From an uncultured Verrucomicrobiae bacterium (GTDB taxonomy: Bacteria > Verrucomicrobiota > Verrucomicrobiia > Palsa-1439): a stretch of DNA of 64,000 bases. A model generated the notes under the pieces. It worked only from the letters and a program-made list of their open reading frames with translations, was not told where the DNA came from and ran no database searches. The stretch lies in contig CAWEWF010000005.1 in NCBI GenBank assembly GCA_963812605.1, positions 288,001-352,000 of the forward strand. The letters run 5' to 3'. Positions 63,924-64,000 of the stretch are shown here, piece after piece. A program made the position numbers and the translations under genes. Numbering within the stretch: the stretch's first letter is position 1; every line of letters begins with the position of its first letter.

Positions 63924-64000
63924 ACGCGAAGAGCAAGTCTCTCTCACCTCTTGGGCGAGAGGATGAAAGCCAGAAGGATGTGCGCGCATGAAATGGGACT

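Overview
GC-rich bacterial chromosome segment, most consistent with Verrucomicrobiota (DUF5069 protein, GloVer-type repeat protein, secreted proteins ending in a ~70-aa 'FYR' beta-domain). Most of the window is housekeeping: hisD-hisC-hisB, dinB, gltA/sucC/sucD, ileS-dksA-lspA, uvrB-nadC-birA-coaX-trpA-manC-ruvX-truA-trmL, kdsB-pyrG-kdsA, tag and parB. Accessory genes encode secreted GH105, GH18, GH30 and repeat proteins plus a ParE-type TA pair. Many genes are split by 1-bp indels, including essential ones, which points to long-read assembly error rather than real pseudogenes. All family assignments are from motif recognition only; no searches were run. Main candidates for new biology: (1) an 8-gene, translationally coupled operon (31417 to 22942, minus strand) joining bshA, bshB1 and a half-size BshC-like protein to a signal-peptide PIG-L amidase, an unannotated 43-aa membrane peptide, a Na+:solute symporter and two DUF2911 proteins, suggesting a periplasmic bacillithiol(-conjugate) salvage/import system; (2) two copies of a ~300-bp non-coding module with a palindromic operator, a sigma70-like promoter and a long covarying stem; (3) a glutaminyl-cyclase-like lipoprotein alongside a strong bias for Gln after predicted signal peptides (Q-rule outside Bacteroidota); (4) a direct-repeat-bounded gene mosaic at the trmL 3' end; (5) GTAG REP-like hairpins that supply stop codons, pervasive leaderless-type promoters and an unfamiliar palindromic operator over the dinB promoter. 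No tRNA, rRNA, CRISPR array or transposase was recognised.
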